DNA from: Gracilinanus agilis | Lineage: Eukaryota | DNA length: 64,000 nt | Reading direction: 5' to 3' | Assembly (NCBI RefSeq): GCF_016433145.1 | Contig: NC_058130.1 | Coordinates: 121,022,412 to 121,086,411, forward strand | In this document: piece by piece, positions 1-13,479 of the stretch | Numbering within the stretch: position 1 is the first letter of the stretch | How the letters are laid out: each line of letters opens with the position of its first letter | Program-made: the position numbers and the translations under genes | Notes under the pieces: generated by a model | Databases searched by the model: none | Seen by the model: the letters and a program-made list of their open reading frames with translations, nothing else | Told to the model about the DNA's origin: nothing

Positions 1-799
1 TTGTTTGCTCATTTTTAGCCTATTTCTCAACTTTGAACATTATTTGAGCAAAAGAGTTGCTAATAAGCAGAAAATTACCCCAGTTGCAGAAAAGATCCCC
101 GGTAATCTCTTTCTATCCAGTGTTTGACTGCCTTAGCATCTCAGGGCCAAGAGGTCAGAAATGTTACTGCTACTATTGCTTCAGCCACTATTGCCACCCC
201 AGTGTGAGTGAGCTCAGGACAGGCCTCCACTCAGTTTCAAAGACTTCCTGCAAGCTTCTAAAATTTTATTAGACTAGAAAAATGTCTTACTATGACCTTT
301 TATTGTCTCGATAACCCCAAGATTTGATTTGAGATATCATTTTAAAATTATTTGGAGAGTTTGCCTGGATGGATGCCTCTAAGTTTGTGTTTTGGCTCCA
401 CCCTGGAAATATAATCACAAGCATAAAATTTTCAAGTTTTCAACACTGAGGGCAACTGGATATATTATTTAAATTGGAAAAAAGATTAATTTTCAATTAG
501 TTTTTCTAGTATCCAGGCTGATACAGCATCATTGATAAAGAAAAACATGACATCATGGATAGAAGACCAGATATAACCTAACACATAAACTGTAGACATC
601 AAGTGATTGAAAATATCTTTAACCAAGTTCTCTAAGACTATAAGTTATAACTGAGGATAAAGAGATTTCCTACATTGAAGAGATCACAGGTCCTTGACTT
701 CTGTATTCTTAGTCCTACTTCATAATAATATAAATATATAAAAATAATATTATGTTTAGAAAACTCAAGCGAAAGGATTCTAATTCAGTAAAAACCACT

Positions 800-1140
800 A
801 AATGTAATTATTATCTTCCTCATGCTTAACATCTGACAAAGTCACATCAGCTCTCATATGGTTATGATATGCTTTTAATCCAAATTGCTTAAGTAATTTG
901 GAAATCCTAGTAATATTCCTTGTCTCATTTTCATCCATTTTGTCAACATTGGGCACTGGCCTTACTGAGTCAGCAATTTCACACAGTGTCATGAAGCCAG
1001 TTATCCATTAATGCTCACTGACATCTTATGACAGTGCAGGGCTCAACCCTGTCATTATAGATGGGATTCATCTGGACCAATTCTTGGTCAAAATAGTTGC
1101 GAGTTCTAAAGTTGGACAAGACATCATCTATTATAGTAGT
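800..1140 (-). mobile_element. Very old LINE reverse-transcriptase remnant (CR1/L2 clade)
   Basis: Minus-strand frames give KMSVSING*LAS*HCV...RQGILLGFPNYLSNLD then RADVTLSDVKHEEDNNYI, colinear with CR1-type RT motifs (QRVVING..W..V.SGVPQGSVLGP.LF..INDLD ... FADDTKL....ED). Multiple stops and frameshifts. Confidence 0.35.
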
Positions 1141-1354
1141 ATCAAACTAACATATGAATGGGGACCATTAAACTATTCACTTAGTTTTAAAATGTCACCT
1201 TGTATATAAATAAATATATTATTTATATTTTATTGAATTTTTGTTTTGTTAAATATGTTAAATTTAATTTTAATATAGTTCAGGATACACCTGGGAGTTT
1301 GTGGGCAACATGTGGCAAGTCACCAGTTTTTGAAACTTCTGATCTACTTAAATC

Positions 1355-1495
1355 TCTTCATTTTACAAATGATGAAACAGCTCATGGACATTAAAGGATC
1401 CAGTCCAGGTCACGCAATTAATGTCTGTTAGAAATGGATTTTTAGTCAAGGTCATCTGACTTCAGAGTTAGTTAGTTCATTTCCCACTGTACTGA
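1355..1495 (-). mobile_element. MIR SINE fragment
   Basis: Core-like cattttacaaatgatgaaacag...ggtcacgcaattaat...gacttcagag. Confidence 0.5.
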
Positions 1496-2403
1496 GTCAC
1501 ATTGCCTTCAATTGTGATCAGTGGTACATAGAATATATTAAGCAAATAGGCAAATCTTTTTCCTTTTTTTGGTAGGGAGACAAGTACATCTTTTACATCT
1601 TCCATGATTTTTAACCCAAATAAGATAAATTGCCAACAATTAATTTTAATAAGCATTTATTAAGCACTTAATATGTCATATTCAGTCAGTAGTAAATGCA
1701 TGCTGATGACTATACTGGAGACTCACGATTCACTCCAGAATGGTGTATACAGGTAAGGTGAGGAAGATGACAGGTCCCATGAGGTGTCATTTGAAGGAGA
1801 CTCAGTGAGGAAGGCACATTTACATAAAATAAAAACGGATGAGGCTGGCCAGTGAGGCATGTCAGCCATGTGGGTGAGTCTAAGGCACAAGTCACTGAAG
1901 TGACAAGTGAGTGATATACAAACCACTGCAGTAGAAATCAATCATCCAGACCTATCTCATATATGTTTTTTTCAGCTGAGAGAGTATGTTTCCAGAAGAA
2001 CACATTCAAAATAAGAGTATATTTGAGTGGGCAAAGGATAGATATATTCTAGTACACAATAGACAATGTTTTATTTTGTTTTGCCCCTTTAACCTACTGT
2101 GTAAAGATTTTTTTTAATTAAAAAAATTGCAAATTGTAGTTCTAATGTCCATTCTCATCAGTGATATTGGGAAGACCTTTATTCAAATTCCACCTTTGAC
2201 ATTTATTGGCAGTGGGATTTCACACAAGGAAATTAATCTTTCTGAATTTCAGTTTCTTTCACTGTAAAGTGGTGATAAGTATACTTACAGTACCTTTTTT
2301 GCAGGCTTGTTTGGGGCTTTAATGTACAAAAAATAATTTTATTTTGCAAACTTTTAAGTGCTTTGTTGATACCAGATATTATTTTAGAAGCATTGTAATT
2401 ATC

Positions 2404-2602
2404 TTTTTTATAATCCTTACTTTCTGTCTTGGAATCAATAGTAAATATTGATTTCAAGGCAGAAGAATGATAAAAGATAGGCAACTGGGGTAAAGTGACT
2501 TATCCAGGATCACATAGTTAGGAAGTAGGTGAAGCTGCATTTGAACCCAGAACCTCCCATCTTCACACCTAGCTCTTTAGTCACTGAGCCACCTACCTGC
2601 CA
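2404..2602 (-). mobile_element. Opossum CORE-SINE (MAR1a-c_Mdo/SINE-2_MD-like)
   Basis: ccttactttctgtcttggaatcaatag tail, gtgacttatccaggatcacatag core, tttgaacccag B-box, cactgagccacctacctgcc head, all reverse-complemented. Confidence 0.85.
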
Positions 2603-2694
2603 CATTGTCATCTGTTACAAAATCTTACTCATCTAATGTTAGCTTTGACTCCATTATATAGGGTACCCAAATGTCATGGGAACTATGGGTTCTG

Positions 2695-2778
2695 ACAGAC
2701 AGAGAGAGAGAGAGCAACGGAGAGAGACAGAGAGAGACAGAGACAGAGAGACAGAGAATCAAAGAGAGAGAGAGAGAA
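2695..2778. repeat. (GA)n/(GAGACA)n microsatellite
   Basis: Direct inspection; explains ORF 2625-2924. Confidence 0.95.
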
Positions 2779-3329
2779 CAAAGATGGGAAGATGCATGAG
2801 CTCCATGATCTTCATTTATTATGACTAAAAGAAGGATTTTTATATAGAGTAAAATGATAAGACATTGCATCATTTTTGGGAGGTGTTGCGTTCCCACAGA
2901 ATATTGTTTATAAAATGACTTCACACAAGAATGTTACCAGGGTTCCTTTAATAAACCAATTGAGAAAGAGTGACAGCTAATCTATTCTGTGTAACTTAGG
3001 GAAAGAAAGGTTTGGTTCTTACAGACATGATATTACAAAGACTACTTTGCTCTTCAGAATGAGGAAGGACTCAAAGTTTGATGATGACCATATTGGGGGA
3101 AGAATCCTTTTTTATAGAAGATATAACTTAGAGAACAGATGTGCTATTAACCTAGCCTGGCTTTGCCAAGAGTCTCAGGCAAGCTCCCAAGCATGTCTTT
3201 TCTGGCTGCTTTTCCTCAGTGGGCCTGATTCTTCCTAGGCTCCTCCATACCCAAATATGCGTGAATACAACAGAATGCATATAGATCCATGAAATACAAT
3301 TTAATATTATAAATTATAAAATAATTTTC

Positions 3330-3570
3330 ATTTCTTTTTTAAATTAAAAAATTTTAGATTACATATTGATAAAATTTTCAAAAAACATTTTCTGACACTT
3401 TAAAATCCATGTTCTCTCTTATTTTCCCACCCCTCTTTTTTTCCCCAACAGGGCATATATAATATGATATGGTTGGTACATATGTTATCATACAATACAT
3501 ATTTCTTTTTTTACCATATTGCCATAAAAGAAGACATATATTACTTATCTTAAAGAAAAATGCATGCAGG
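3330..3570 (-). mobile_element. Old marsupial L1 3' end fragment
   Basis: T-rich start, ttacat...aaaattttc, C-rich tract, then atatgatatggttggtacatatgttatcatacaatacatatttc, typical of the reverse complement of a marsupial L1 3'UTR. Confidence 0.6.
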
Positions 3571-4464
3571 GTAATTACAGTAGTATTGAAATGACACAAT
3601 TTTCTGAACTAGATGTTGCTATACATTTTGCCTTCACATTTCCAGAGAAGCAATCCTAGGTCAGTCATTCTAAAAGTTAATGGACTTCTATCAAATCTCA
3701 GAAACACCAACATTTTCCCATTTCCTGAAACCTTATATCTGACTGCATCCTACCTAAATCTAAACCTAAATCAAGTGAGCAATCATTTCATAAATACAAC
3801 ATGGCTTGAAATTAGATGATTAAAAGAGAGTTTTTGTACCAGTTTCTCCCATCATCCATTCATTAAATCAAAATGTCCATATTCTTGAAGAAGGCTAGCA
3901 GGAAACAAATACAACCATTTATTGTAAAGTATAACAAAGGCCTGATAATAAAAAAAATACCCGTAAGAAGGATTGAAAATAAGAGTAGAGAGGAAAACAT
4001 TTTATGCAAAATCACTGGCTTATTGAAAAAGCCTATACCCTGATCTCCAGAAATCAAGTTTCAGGGTTTTGTTTGTTTGTTTAACAGATTGATAAAAAAC
4101 AAAAACAAAACAACCCTTGGCATACAGATAGAAATTCTCAACCTGATAGTGATGAACTTAAAGGTCTCATAAAACCACTGAATGAAATTCATATTTAACA
4201 GAATAAATATAAAACAAAGAATAAAACTGAAAGTCTCTTCACGCTTTATGTAACTTCGCATATGCCCTTTCCAGGGAATTAGAGATGAAGCTTGGACTCC
4301 TAGATTTACCCAGCATAAACTATCCTTCAGGCTTTTCCTGAAACAAAGTTGAAAATGGTATACACTTGTGAAATCATCATTCCTAACCTCATAGAATGAT
4401 TATTTTAATAGGAAGATTGAACTTAAAGAAAACCAATAAAATCTTAGCTATTTTGAAGCATGAA

Positions 4465-4605
4465 AAGAGCACTAGATTTGAAATGAAAGGATCACAGCTT
4501 GAATTTGGATGCTCCCAAATAATAGTTTTATAGCCTTGAGAAAACTACTTAACTTTTAAAATGAAGACTAGGTGATCTCTGACATAACTTTCAGCTTCAG
4601 TATGA
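4465..4605 (+). mobile_element. MIR fragment
   Basis: aagagcactagatttgaaa...cttaactt...taaaatgaagactaggtgatctct. Confidence 0.45.
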
Positions 4606-4800
4606 TCATACTTAATTCCTAATTTCTTATTTTTTAAGGCATATTTAAACTTCAAGAGGAATAAACTTCAGCCTACCAAGGTTAGAACAAACATAGTCAA
4701 AAGGGAATCCAAAGTAGGACAAAGGAGAAATCATGATAGCATTCACTTGCTGTAAGGATTGAGTCATCACAAACTTAAACAAGCTACAAGAAAAGGTAAT

Positions 4801-4985
4801 AGGGCATCTAGGTGGCTCCATTTATAGAAGACCAGGCCTAGAGATGGGAGGTCCCGAGTTCAAATTTGGCCTCAGACTCTTCCTAGATATATAACCTAAC
4901 CCTAATTGCCTAGCTCTTCCTGCTCTCCTGCCTTGGAACTCATACTAAATATCAATTACAAGATAATGTAAGGGTTTTTTTTAAA
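4801..4985 (+). mobile_element. Opossum CORE-SINE (MAR1a-c_Mdo/SINE-2_MD-like)
   Basis: ggcatctaggtggctc head, gagttcaaatttggcctcagac B-box, ccttggaactcatactaaatatcaat...taagggttttt tail. Confidence 0.85.
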
Positions 4986-5737
4986 GTACTAAGGAACTGC
5001 CAGATATGATAAAAGAACCACTATATATGAAAATTTTCGTTTGAAGAAACATGAGTGACTTCAGACAGGTACATTTCTTAATCCTTAAATAAAGGAGAAT
5101 AAAAGTTGAGACTCTAAAATCTTAGCTGATGAGTTGGCCACTATTCCCTGTCCCCAATTTTATATCTCATAATTGAACCAGATGATTAGAATTTAGGATG
5201 ATCACAATAATCCAAAATGTATGGATTGCCATATCATTTCCTTTTATGATATAATCACCATATAGTAGTAATAAGTAGTAACAAACAAATAGAGAAATGT
5301 ATTTATTTTAATAAACCATTTATGAAGGTAATCTTGTCTACTAGTACTACAGTTAGATGTATTCATATTTGGTTGAAATACTATGAGCTAAAATGTTAAT
5401 TAATATATAATATCCTATTGAGATGTGTCCAATGCCCCTAGATGGAGTTCTGGCTTTGAATTTTTCCATGTTCTATTATTAGTATAAGAAGATATAGAAG
5501 ACATAGATATTTAATTTTCAATAGCATTCATTTAATTCTTCACTTATTGAGCACCAATTATGTGAAAGGTACGTGAGGGGAAGCAGAAAGGGATAACAAA
5601 GATTGGGATGATAGAAATTATCTTGGCATAAATCAGCATGTCATTGATCTGCTTGTTATTCTGCCTCTTGCTACATGTACAGATTTATTAATTTGTTACA
5701 TTGGTTAAATTTCTGGATCTTAGTCTCCTTATGCCAC

Positions 5738-5900
5738 ATGATACAGTGGGATGAACAATGACTTTTAAATCAGCAGATATGGGTTAAATCCTGCCTCTGT
5801 CACTATCTACTTAATTTTGAGAAAGTTCCTCATTTGTGTAAGAGAGAGTTTAAACTAGTTAGCCTGTAAGATCCCTTTGAGATCTGAACATTCTAGTTTC
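5738..5900 (+). mobile_element. MIR fragment
   Basis: atgatacagtggga...gggttaaatcctgcctctgtcact...ttcctcatttgtgtaag...gatcccttt. Confidence 0.5.
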
Positions 5901-8388
5901 TAATCATAAGAATTATACATGTACAAAATTGCTTGGAACTATATAACAAAATCATGTAGAAATCATTAGTAGATGACAATAAAAACTGGCCTTGAGTCTT
6001 TTTAGCTTTTTAATTTCTAAAGAAAATGAAAATTAGAAGAAATATGGAATGTCAGAAACATGAGGTAAAACATTCCATTTTGTTCAGCATTGGTGAGACT
6101 GTAATTCAAATGCCAATCCAGTCTGGTAAAGTAAAGTTGAAGAGGTCAAGGAAATGGGTCAGTGAAAACCACAAAGGTTATTTTGTAGCTTTGGAAAAAA
6201 TAGTCACTGAGGTAAATTTTAAAAAGAAGTGATTTCACTCATCTATGAGAAGAAAAAGCTAAGATACATATCGATGTCTATTTTCACTTAATAGAATTTC
6301 CTGACAAAATTGTCATAAATGTATGCTTAAGCATTCTAGTAATTTTATAGTTCCTACAGATTAGACCCTTTCAAATATCTCCAGTCTTATGTTAGGAAAA
6401 GTTGGAAACAAAATCCAAAAATGAAAATTAAGACTTTCAGACTTGAATATCTTGACTCATTTCCTTAGTTGCCATGTGAACTTACTTTGGTATCGGGTCT
6501 TCGAATTGCTATGTTCATGGCCCCTTTGAGATGTTTGCCAAAATCTGGAACACCCCTTCTCAGATTCATATATTCTGTCATTCAGTCATATACTAACATT
6601 ATAGACTAATTAGTTACTGTCAAAGTAATTGTGGTATATACTACAGAAGATTCAAAGTTTAGATAATATCTGGATCCAACTCTTATATGAAATCAAGGTA
6701 TGAGACTGAATTCTGAGCCATTCTCAATGACAAAAATCTTTTAGGAAGGGATATTACTCATTTGGAATAAAGTAGAAATGAGACAATGTCAAATGAATAC
6801 AACTCATTTCAAATCATGCCTTTAATGCTGACTACTTATTTGACTTTGGGCAAGTCCCTTTACCTTCGTACATGTAGTTTATTTTCCCTAGATTGCTTCT
6901 ATTGTCCTTTCCAACTCGAGGACTCATTGTATGATACTATGATGCCTTTCCTCATACCAAAAGAAAGTGTATTAGATGAGACCAATGCTTAGAGTCACTT
7001 CTCAAGGTTTTGAAATTAATGAAGTCTGATAGAGATACCTAATAGACTTCTGAAACTTGACTCAATATTTCAAAGTAACTGAGGTCTAAAAACATGGGTC
7101 AAAGGATCCCGTAATGAACAATTAGAACAAAGGATTTGAAAGTATTACCTGAGAGTTATATAATGACTTACTTGACTTGATTTTCTGAGGTAATAATAGG
7201 TGACTATTTCAATCTTCTGAAAGCTTACACCATTTCAAACTCATGTGGAATTTGTGAATGTGGAATATCACCATTGTGTAGGCTTTGGGGGGGGAAATAA
7301 TAAGCTCCAGTTTTGTCTTTCTGGAAGTATGATGTTGCAAGGCAGGGGATGGACAATATGATCTCTTGTGACTTCTTCCAGCTTTAATCCTCTGACTCTA
7401 TGCTCATTAGAGGCCTTTGTATTTAAAAACAAAGGCAGAGCAGTTTTAGGCCTGAGTTGCATTACCCAAGCTCTATAAGATAGCTTTTTAGCACCTGTTT
7501 TACTGTGATAATTGGTCTTAGCTAGTATTATTCATCTTTATGAATGATTGCTTTAATTAACATGAAATTTACCCAAATGAAAACCTCTAAAAGCACATAA
7601 CTATATATCTTCACTCTATGTGTTTCAGTAGATCAAAAAGTCACAGAAAATATTTGAAAAATGGAAATTCAGAAAGCTTTACTATTTTCAAAGGAAAATT
7701 TCTGGTAGATTTATCCTTTGCCAATGTATTAAAACATATTTTTAGGGGCATACTTTCACTGATTGGTTTGATTCAGATTTTCATTCTCAGAAGTCAAATG
7801 CCTTATTAAATATGGAACACTATAATTTATTTTCAGTGCTGATACACTGATGCATACATATGCATATATGTATAATATGAACATATATGTTTAATATCAA
7901 ACCTGTTTACAACCCTAATAATGAACATCTACATATGATGAAAATGTGTATAAAAGTGAACATATACATGTACAATACTATTATTCTACCAGAAAATTAT
8001 ACTTTTTTCTATAAATTATGAAAATGGAAACAGAATAATGATCACATATAAATAGTTGGTAAAGAAATAAGTGGTCCTATTGTATTGATTTGTTCAAGAT
8101 CAATAACTCTCAGCAGTACATTGTGTTACTCCCCATTAAAACCAAGGCTAACATATATTAATAATATTTAAAAATCAGAATTGAGTTGTCAGATATGTTG
8201 GTCACAAAATTAAGGAATATAATGAATAATTTATTAAGTGACTAACAGTTATAATAACCATAAGATAACAGATCCTTTTGCCATTTCCTTTTCCCCCCTC
8301 TGTTTACCACTAGTAAAGGAGGCAGTTAAGGACAATTTCTCTAATATTTCTGGGTGTGTTTTTTCCAAATTAAAATACATTTTCCCAT

Positions 8389-9250
8389 TGTAAGAATAAA
8401 GGAGCCAGTAATGGACGTTTTATAGAGGAGAGACAGAGAAAGTCTATGTGGTGAGTCTCTCTTCCAGCACTTCCCTGGGGCCAAATATACTTATGAATAT
8501 ACACTTTAAGGGGGTGTCACCCTGAAATTGGGTGACCTGGGTGGTCATGCTCCCCACAGAAGTTGGGGGAGAGGCTTCCCTATAAGAGGAGGTATGTGCT
8601 ACCCCAATCTGATCCTGAATAAGAATAAGGTTCACATAAACCTTCCCCCATCAGTTAAATTCACAGTGAGTGGTCTGGCTTCAAGATGGAGGCAGCTAGG
8701 CCTAGCTATGGTTCCTCTCTCCCTTGTTGTCTCTCTGGCTCTTTGGAACACTATCTGACTGTTGAATGGCTTTTTATTATTCACAAAGCAGGAGTTGAGG
8801 AAAGAGGTGAAGCGCAGAGGGATTTGGGGGTGCCTTCTTCTCCTTCTGTTTCTATTTCTACTTTCTATTTCTATCCTTTTCTTTAATTGTAAGTTTGAAT
8901 GAAAAGGGTCTCTCAGCAAGATTGGGAATGGGTGAAGGAGAGTAAGAGATTGCTTCCAAAATGGAGTCCAAACTTAGCCAACTAAATGGTTGAAGTTTTG
9001 ATGGGTGAGTTGCAATGGATTAGGAAATCAGAGTTTCAATTTCCACAAGAAGGATCCTCAGGAAGCCCTCAGTACTGGATTCAAGCTGGGTTGTCCTCCT
9101 CCTCCCTCTTCCCAGTCCTCTGCCCAAAGACCTCTTCACTCTCCTCTTCCTGTGAGAAATTCCCAGAAATCCTCTCTGGTCTCAACTGTCAGCAACTGCC
9201 TTCTCTGGTTCCTTTGGTCCCATCCCCCTTGCACAAATCCCATCCTTACA
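8389..9250 (-). mobile_element. Solo ERV LTR (~860 bp)
   Basis: On the minus strand starts TGTAAGGATGGG (9250) and ends TTATTCTTACA (8389); GC level well above the flanks; flanks ccat / tcat (4-bp TSD with 1 mismatch). Confidence 0.65.
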
Positions 9251-9269
9251 TCATTAAAATAAGTATGAA

Positions 9270-9390
9270 TGAATATCAATTTTATTTATTTCACTATGTG
9301 TTTATTAAACATCTGTTATTTGCCTGGAGCTGTCCTAAGTGCTGAAACTCCAAAAATGCAAATTACTGTGTCCTCAAGTAGCATATATTC
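9270..9390 (-). mobile_element. L2 3' tail fragment
   Basis: tttattaaacatctgttatttgcctggagctgtcctaagtgctg...gtcctcaagtagc, the reverse-complement L2 tail motif. Confidence 0.55.
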
Positions 9391-9419
9391 TTTTCGAATT
9401 TTAAGACCATCTTTCCTAT

Positions 9420-9565
9420 AAGTTGCTTGTTTATACATTTTTATATCAGATTATTAGTTCATTGTTGGCAGGTGCCTTTTTTTACTCATTTCTGTGAATC
9501 CTCAGCTTTTAGCCTAATTACTTACACATAATAGGTACTTAATAAATGCCTTTTGAGTATTGACT
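9420..9565 (+). mobile_element. L2 3' tail fragment
   Basis: acataataggtacttaataaatgcc...ttgact, the L2 terminal motif. Confidence 0.55.
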
Positions 9566-9864
9566 CATCACAAGCAGTCAGTATGTAGAGAGATAGGTAA
9601 AGGCTAGATATTTGGAGAGAGAATGAACCATAATATAGAGAATGGGTATTCATAATGTAAATCTTAACATTGGTATAGGCACTTCAACTGGATATTGAAG
9701 GAAACAATGGATTCTAAGAAGTAGATACAAGTAATAACAATAGAATGCATAATTGATATATCAATTTTCATGTTATACTTTATCCTACTTATAATGAAAG
9801 AGTTAAATTATATTTTCAAAGAACTATGCCTATGCTGATGCCTATGATTCTTCTTGATATTGAA

Positions 9865-10055
9865 GCTACCCAAACTTTTTTGGCCTACCGCCCCTTTTCC
9901 AGAAAAAATATTACTTAGCCCCCTGGAAATTATTATTTTTTTAATTTTAAAAGCAATTAATAAGAAAGATAAATGTACCTGTGGCCATTACCGCCCACCT
10001 GGATTGCTGTAGCACCCACTGTGGGGGGCGGTCATGCCCACTTTGGGAATCACTG
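9865..10055 (+). mobile_element. hAT/Charlie-type MITE, left TIR damaged
   Basis: cccaaacttttttggcctaccgccccc...ctttgggaatcactg; same family as 31927-32119; right flank ctatagac, no matching left TSD. Confidence 0.85.
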
Positions 10056-11124
10056 CTATAGACTTTAAATAAACTATCCATAATAACAGTGTCTATCAGC
10101 TCTAAGATATAGATGTTTTAGAAATAAGAAAATATCATCATTTTAAAATAGCCAATGGAAAGATCTAAACAAATTGAGTCACAGGATTGATAGGGATGTC
10201 AACCAAAGAATTATTCATTATTTTAGCACTGGTGCTGAGTATGAGCAACCTATATAGTGCATAAAGATTTGTCATGGGGAATAATTTGGAGCTATGCAAT
10301 CATTTTTACATCCTTGAGTATACTGTGCACGTGAAAACCGAAAATGAAATTTAGGGAATAAGAACCTTATATAAAAGGAAAAGCTTTGTCTTTAATTCTA
10401 TAGAAAGCCAGATGAATTTCATGTATTTGACAATAGTCCCCTTATCCTGTTTACTAGCAAGGAAAAAATCTTCCTGATTTTCCACAAACCAGAAGCTGAT
10501 ATGAATTTTAACTACCTATTACCTGAAAAGCAATAACTTTGACTATCATATCTCTATTACAAGATTCCTGTAAGATATATGGCAAAGTAATAAAGATATT
10601 CATAAATGCAAATCTCTCCAACTTGAATAAAGATGTAATAAGTATTAGATGTTTTAGGGAAATTATTGTGATTATAATAGATTGCAAATTAAAAAAACTT
10701 GAAAAAGTGAATAAGGACAATGGTAAAAATCTTATATCTCAACATTAATAAGTAGTTTTGGTGAAAGAAAAATTTAGTTATAAACTCTGGGCTTTAGTTT
10801 TTTTTCTTTTGCCCCATGGAGATGATCACACACATAGCTTTTAGTTTTCATACTTGGAAATATAGAATGTAAATGCTTATGGTATAATTCATACAGTACA
10901 CGTAACAAATATAAATTTTCTTTGTTAAATAGTAAGTTCTTTCTCTAAAAGCTTGGATCTTTGTGTTTGTCAAATATTAGGTTACTGTGGCCATTTACTA
11001 CTGTTATCTCAAAAGTCTAACATATCCTATTGATCCACTGCTCTTCCTTAGCCAATATGAGATTGCTTTGAAGGTTGCCACTTTAAAATACAGTTTGGGA
11101 TCTCGTACAGATAAGGCACCTTGC

Positions 11125-11790
11125 TTCATATTTTTACTTTATTAATGCCTTAGATATTCTTGTCCTTGTGTTCTTTAAGACAAATATTATTTTTTCTAGC
11201 TCAATCAAATAATTTTTGTGTCATTTTTTTGGTATGGCACTGTACAGATAAATAAATAGGTAGAATTATCATTTTTACTATATTGGTTCAGCCAATCCTT
11301 GAGCAAATAATGATTTTCCAATTGTTTAGATATGACATAAGTGTGAAGTGTTTTGTAGTTGTAATTGTATAGCTCTTGGGTTTGTCTTGGTAGGTTGACT
11401 CCAAGGTATTTTATATTGTCTATGGGATTTCTCTATCTATTGCTATTGGAATTCATTGGTAGTATAAAGGAATGCTATTGATTTATGTGGGGTTTATTTT
11501 ACATCCTGCAACTTTGTTAAAGGTTTTCATTGTTTTGATTAATTGGGGGGCTAATTTTCTAAGTGTATCATGTCATTTTGAAAGTATGATAGCTTTATTT
11601 CCTCATTACCTATTCCAATTTCTTCAATTTCATCTTCTTTTCTTGTTATTATAGCTAACATTTCTAATATAATATAAAATATTATTGGTGATAATGGGCA
11701 TCCTTGCTTCACTCAGGACCTTATTGGGAAGGATTATAGTTTAAGCCCATTGCAGATAATGTCTACTGATGGTTTGAGATAGATTTTATT
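11125..11790 (-). mobile_element. Old L1 ORF2 (RT region) fragment
   Basis: gctattgatttatgtgggg tttattttacatcctgcaactttg and ggtgataatgggcatccttgcttcac...cttattgggaagg, diagnostic marsupial L1 ORF2 antisense text. Confidence 0.85.
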
Positions 11791-13479
11791 ATTCAGTTTT
11801 AAGAGCTCTGCAATAATCTGCTAGAGCTCCCCTCCAATGAGTAACAAATAACTCCCTTAATTTTCAAACTTCTATGAAGTGTCTCAGTAAAAAATCTTTA
11901 AGATGTTTCCTTACTTATAGTCTTTAATCTTACTTTTTTTCCTTTTAATTCTATGTGCCTTTCTCCCTTTAGGTTGAATACAAAATATAGCCTGTTTTAA
12001 CTTCAGAAAGTAAATATTTCATCTCTCAGATATCACTGGCTAATCAATGATTTTGAGCAATCATCCAAAACCATTTTTGTCATTTTCTTCTCAATAAATT
12101 TTAGGGCTAAATTTTGCAAAATAACATATTGTTACCAGGCAAATAGACACTCTTCTGCCAATTACAACTTTCCATTCCATTGAGTCATTTAAGAAAATCT
12201 CAAGGTTTTTTTTATTCATTGATCTATCATCAGCATTTCATTCATTAGATAGAAAGCATCTATGGGCAAACTTTGATTCAATAAACACACAGCATCTATG
12301 TATAATTTTGACAAAAATCTAAAGCACTCTAATTCCTCTTTGGAGTCTATGCCAGAGTATTAAAGCTAAGTTTAGATCAGGAAGAATGATGCCATGAAAA
12401 GTGTCATTCTTTTCTTAAATGGTGCCACTCCTTCCCATCTCTTTCTCAAATTTGATTTTTAGTTTAACTGGCCAAGAATAGTAAGTCAATTCATTCAATA
12501 TCTTTATATGGTAGGAAGTAGAAAAATAACTTTTATTAGAATTTGGCATAAATAGACAGAATATCTTGTTACTCTTAGAATGAAGGGTTCAGTATTCATC
12601 AAACCAAAGTTAATATTATTGAATTTGTGAGTGTTTGGCTGCCTTTAAATAGTTACATTTTTAAAATATCAATAAATATATTATTTGTTCAATTTTAAAT
12701 CCTATGAGATCATGGCTATTGTATTATATAGAATGTGTATCTCCTCTGCACCCAGCATAATTTTCATTTTTTAGTAATTATTTAATATTTGTTGACTGAA
12801 GGAATTGAATAAGATCAGCTATTTGAGAGTGAATGTTTAGTCCCTAAAAGACCTCTTCAGTGAAATAGAAATTGTTAAATATATTGTTCAACAAATGCCC
12901 TTCTCAGGTTCTTTCATGGAAGAAGCAATGAAATGATCATTCTTATTCTACATCTGCTTAGGCTAAATTCTGTTATAAACAGGGATATCCTGGTAAAAGT
13001 CACAGGTTCTCTGAATAATATATGCTTTATATAGGTTTAAGTTTAATTTGCCTTTTATACTATTTTTACATCGCTTTCTATGTCTGAACAATCAACAGAA
13101 CAATAAATCAAGCCCTTTTTTGGAGTTGCTGACTGATTTCCAATTTGAAAATGTCACACTGAAAATTTAACCATAGGCTCTGCCAAGCTGGTTTCATCTC
13201 TTTTTATTATAACCTTAGTTATATAGTATATACTTGGAGGGCTCTTTTATCTTACAAGGTCTTAAATATGTCAAATCTTTTCTCTCAGATCAAAATGCTG
13301 ACATTTACTACAGATACTCTAATTGCTCAAACCTGGTTATGAAGACAACTAACCTTTCTGAGTAAGAATACTCTTCCCCTATTTGAGATCTTATGAAATA
13401 ATAGTATTAGTTGAAATGAACTTGTTTACCCAACTTTTGTCACATCAATATCTAGAGTAACAATCAATATCTAGCTATA

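Noticed and set aside
850-1000. Faint resemblance of ADSVRPVPNVDKMD to EEF2 or Rab GTPase segments
   Set aside because: Only a few residues match and the flanks do not extend; the LINE RT motif order explains the region better.
2625-2924. 99-aa ORF with LSLSL/SVSV runs
   Set aside because: Product of the (GA)n microsatellite; same for ORFs at 22760-23047.
8528-9345. Several 66-119 aa ORFs on both strands
   Set aside because: All lie inside the solo LTR; no recognisable domain or splice context.
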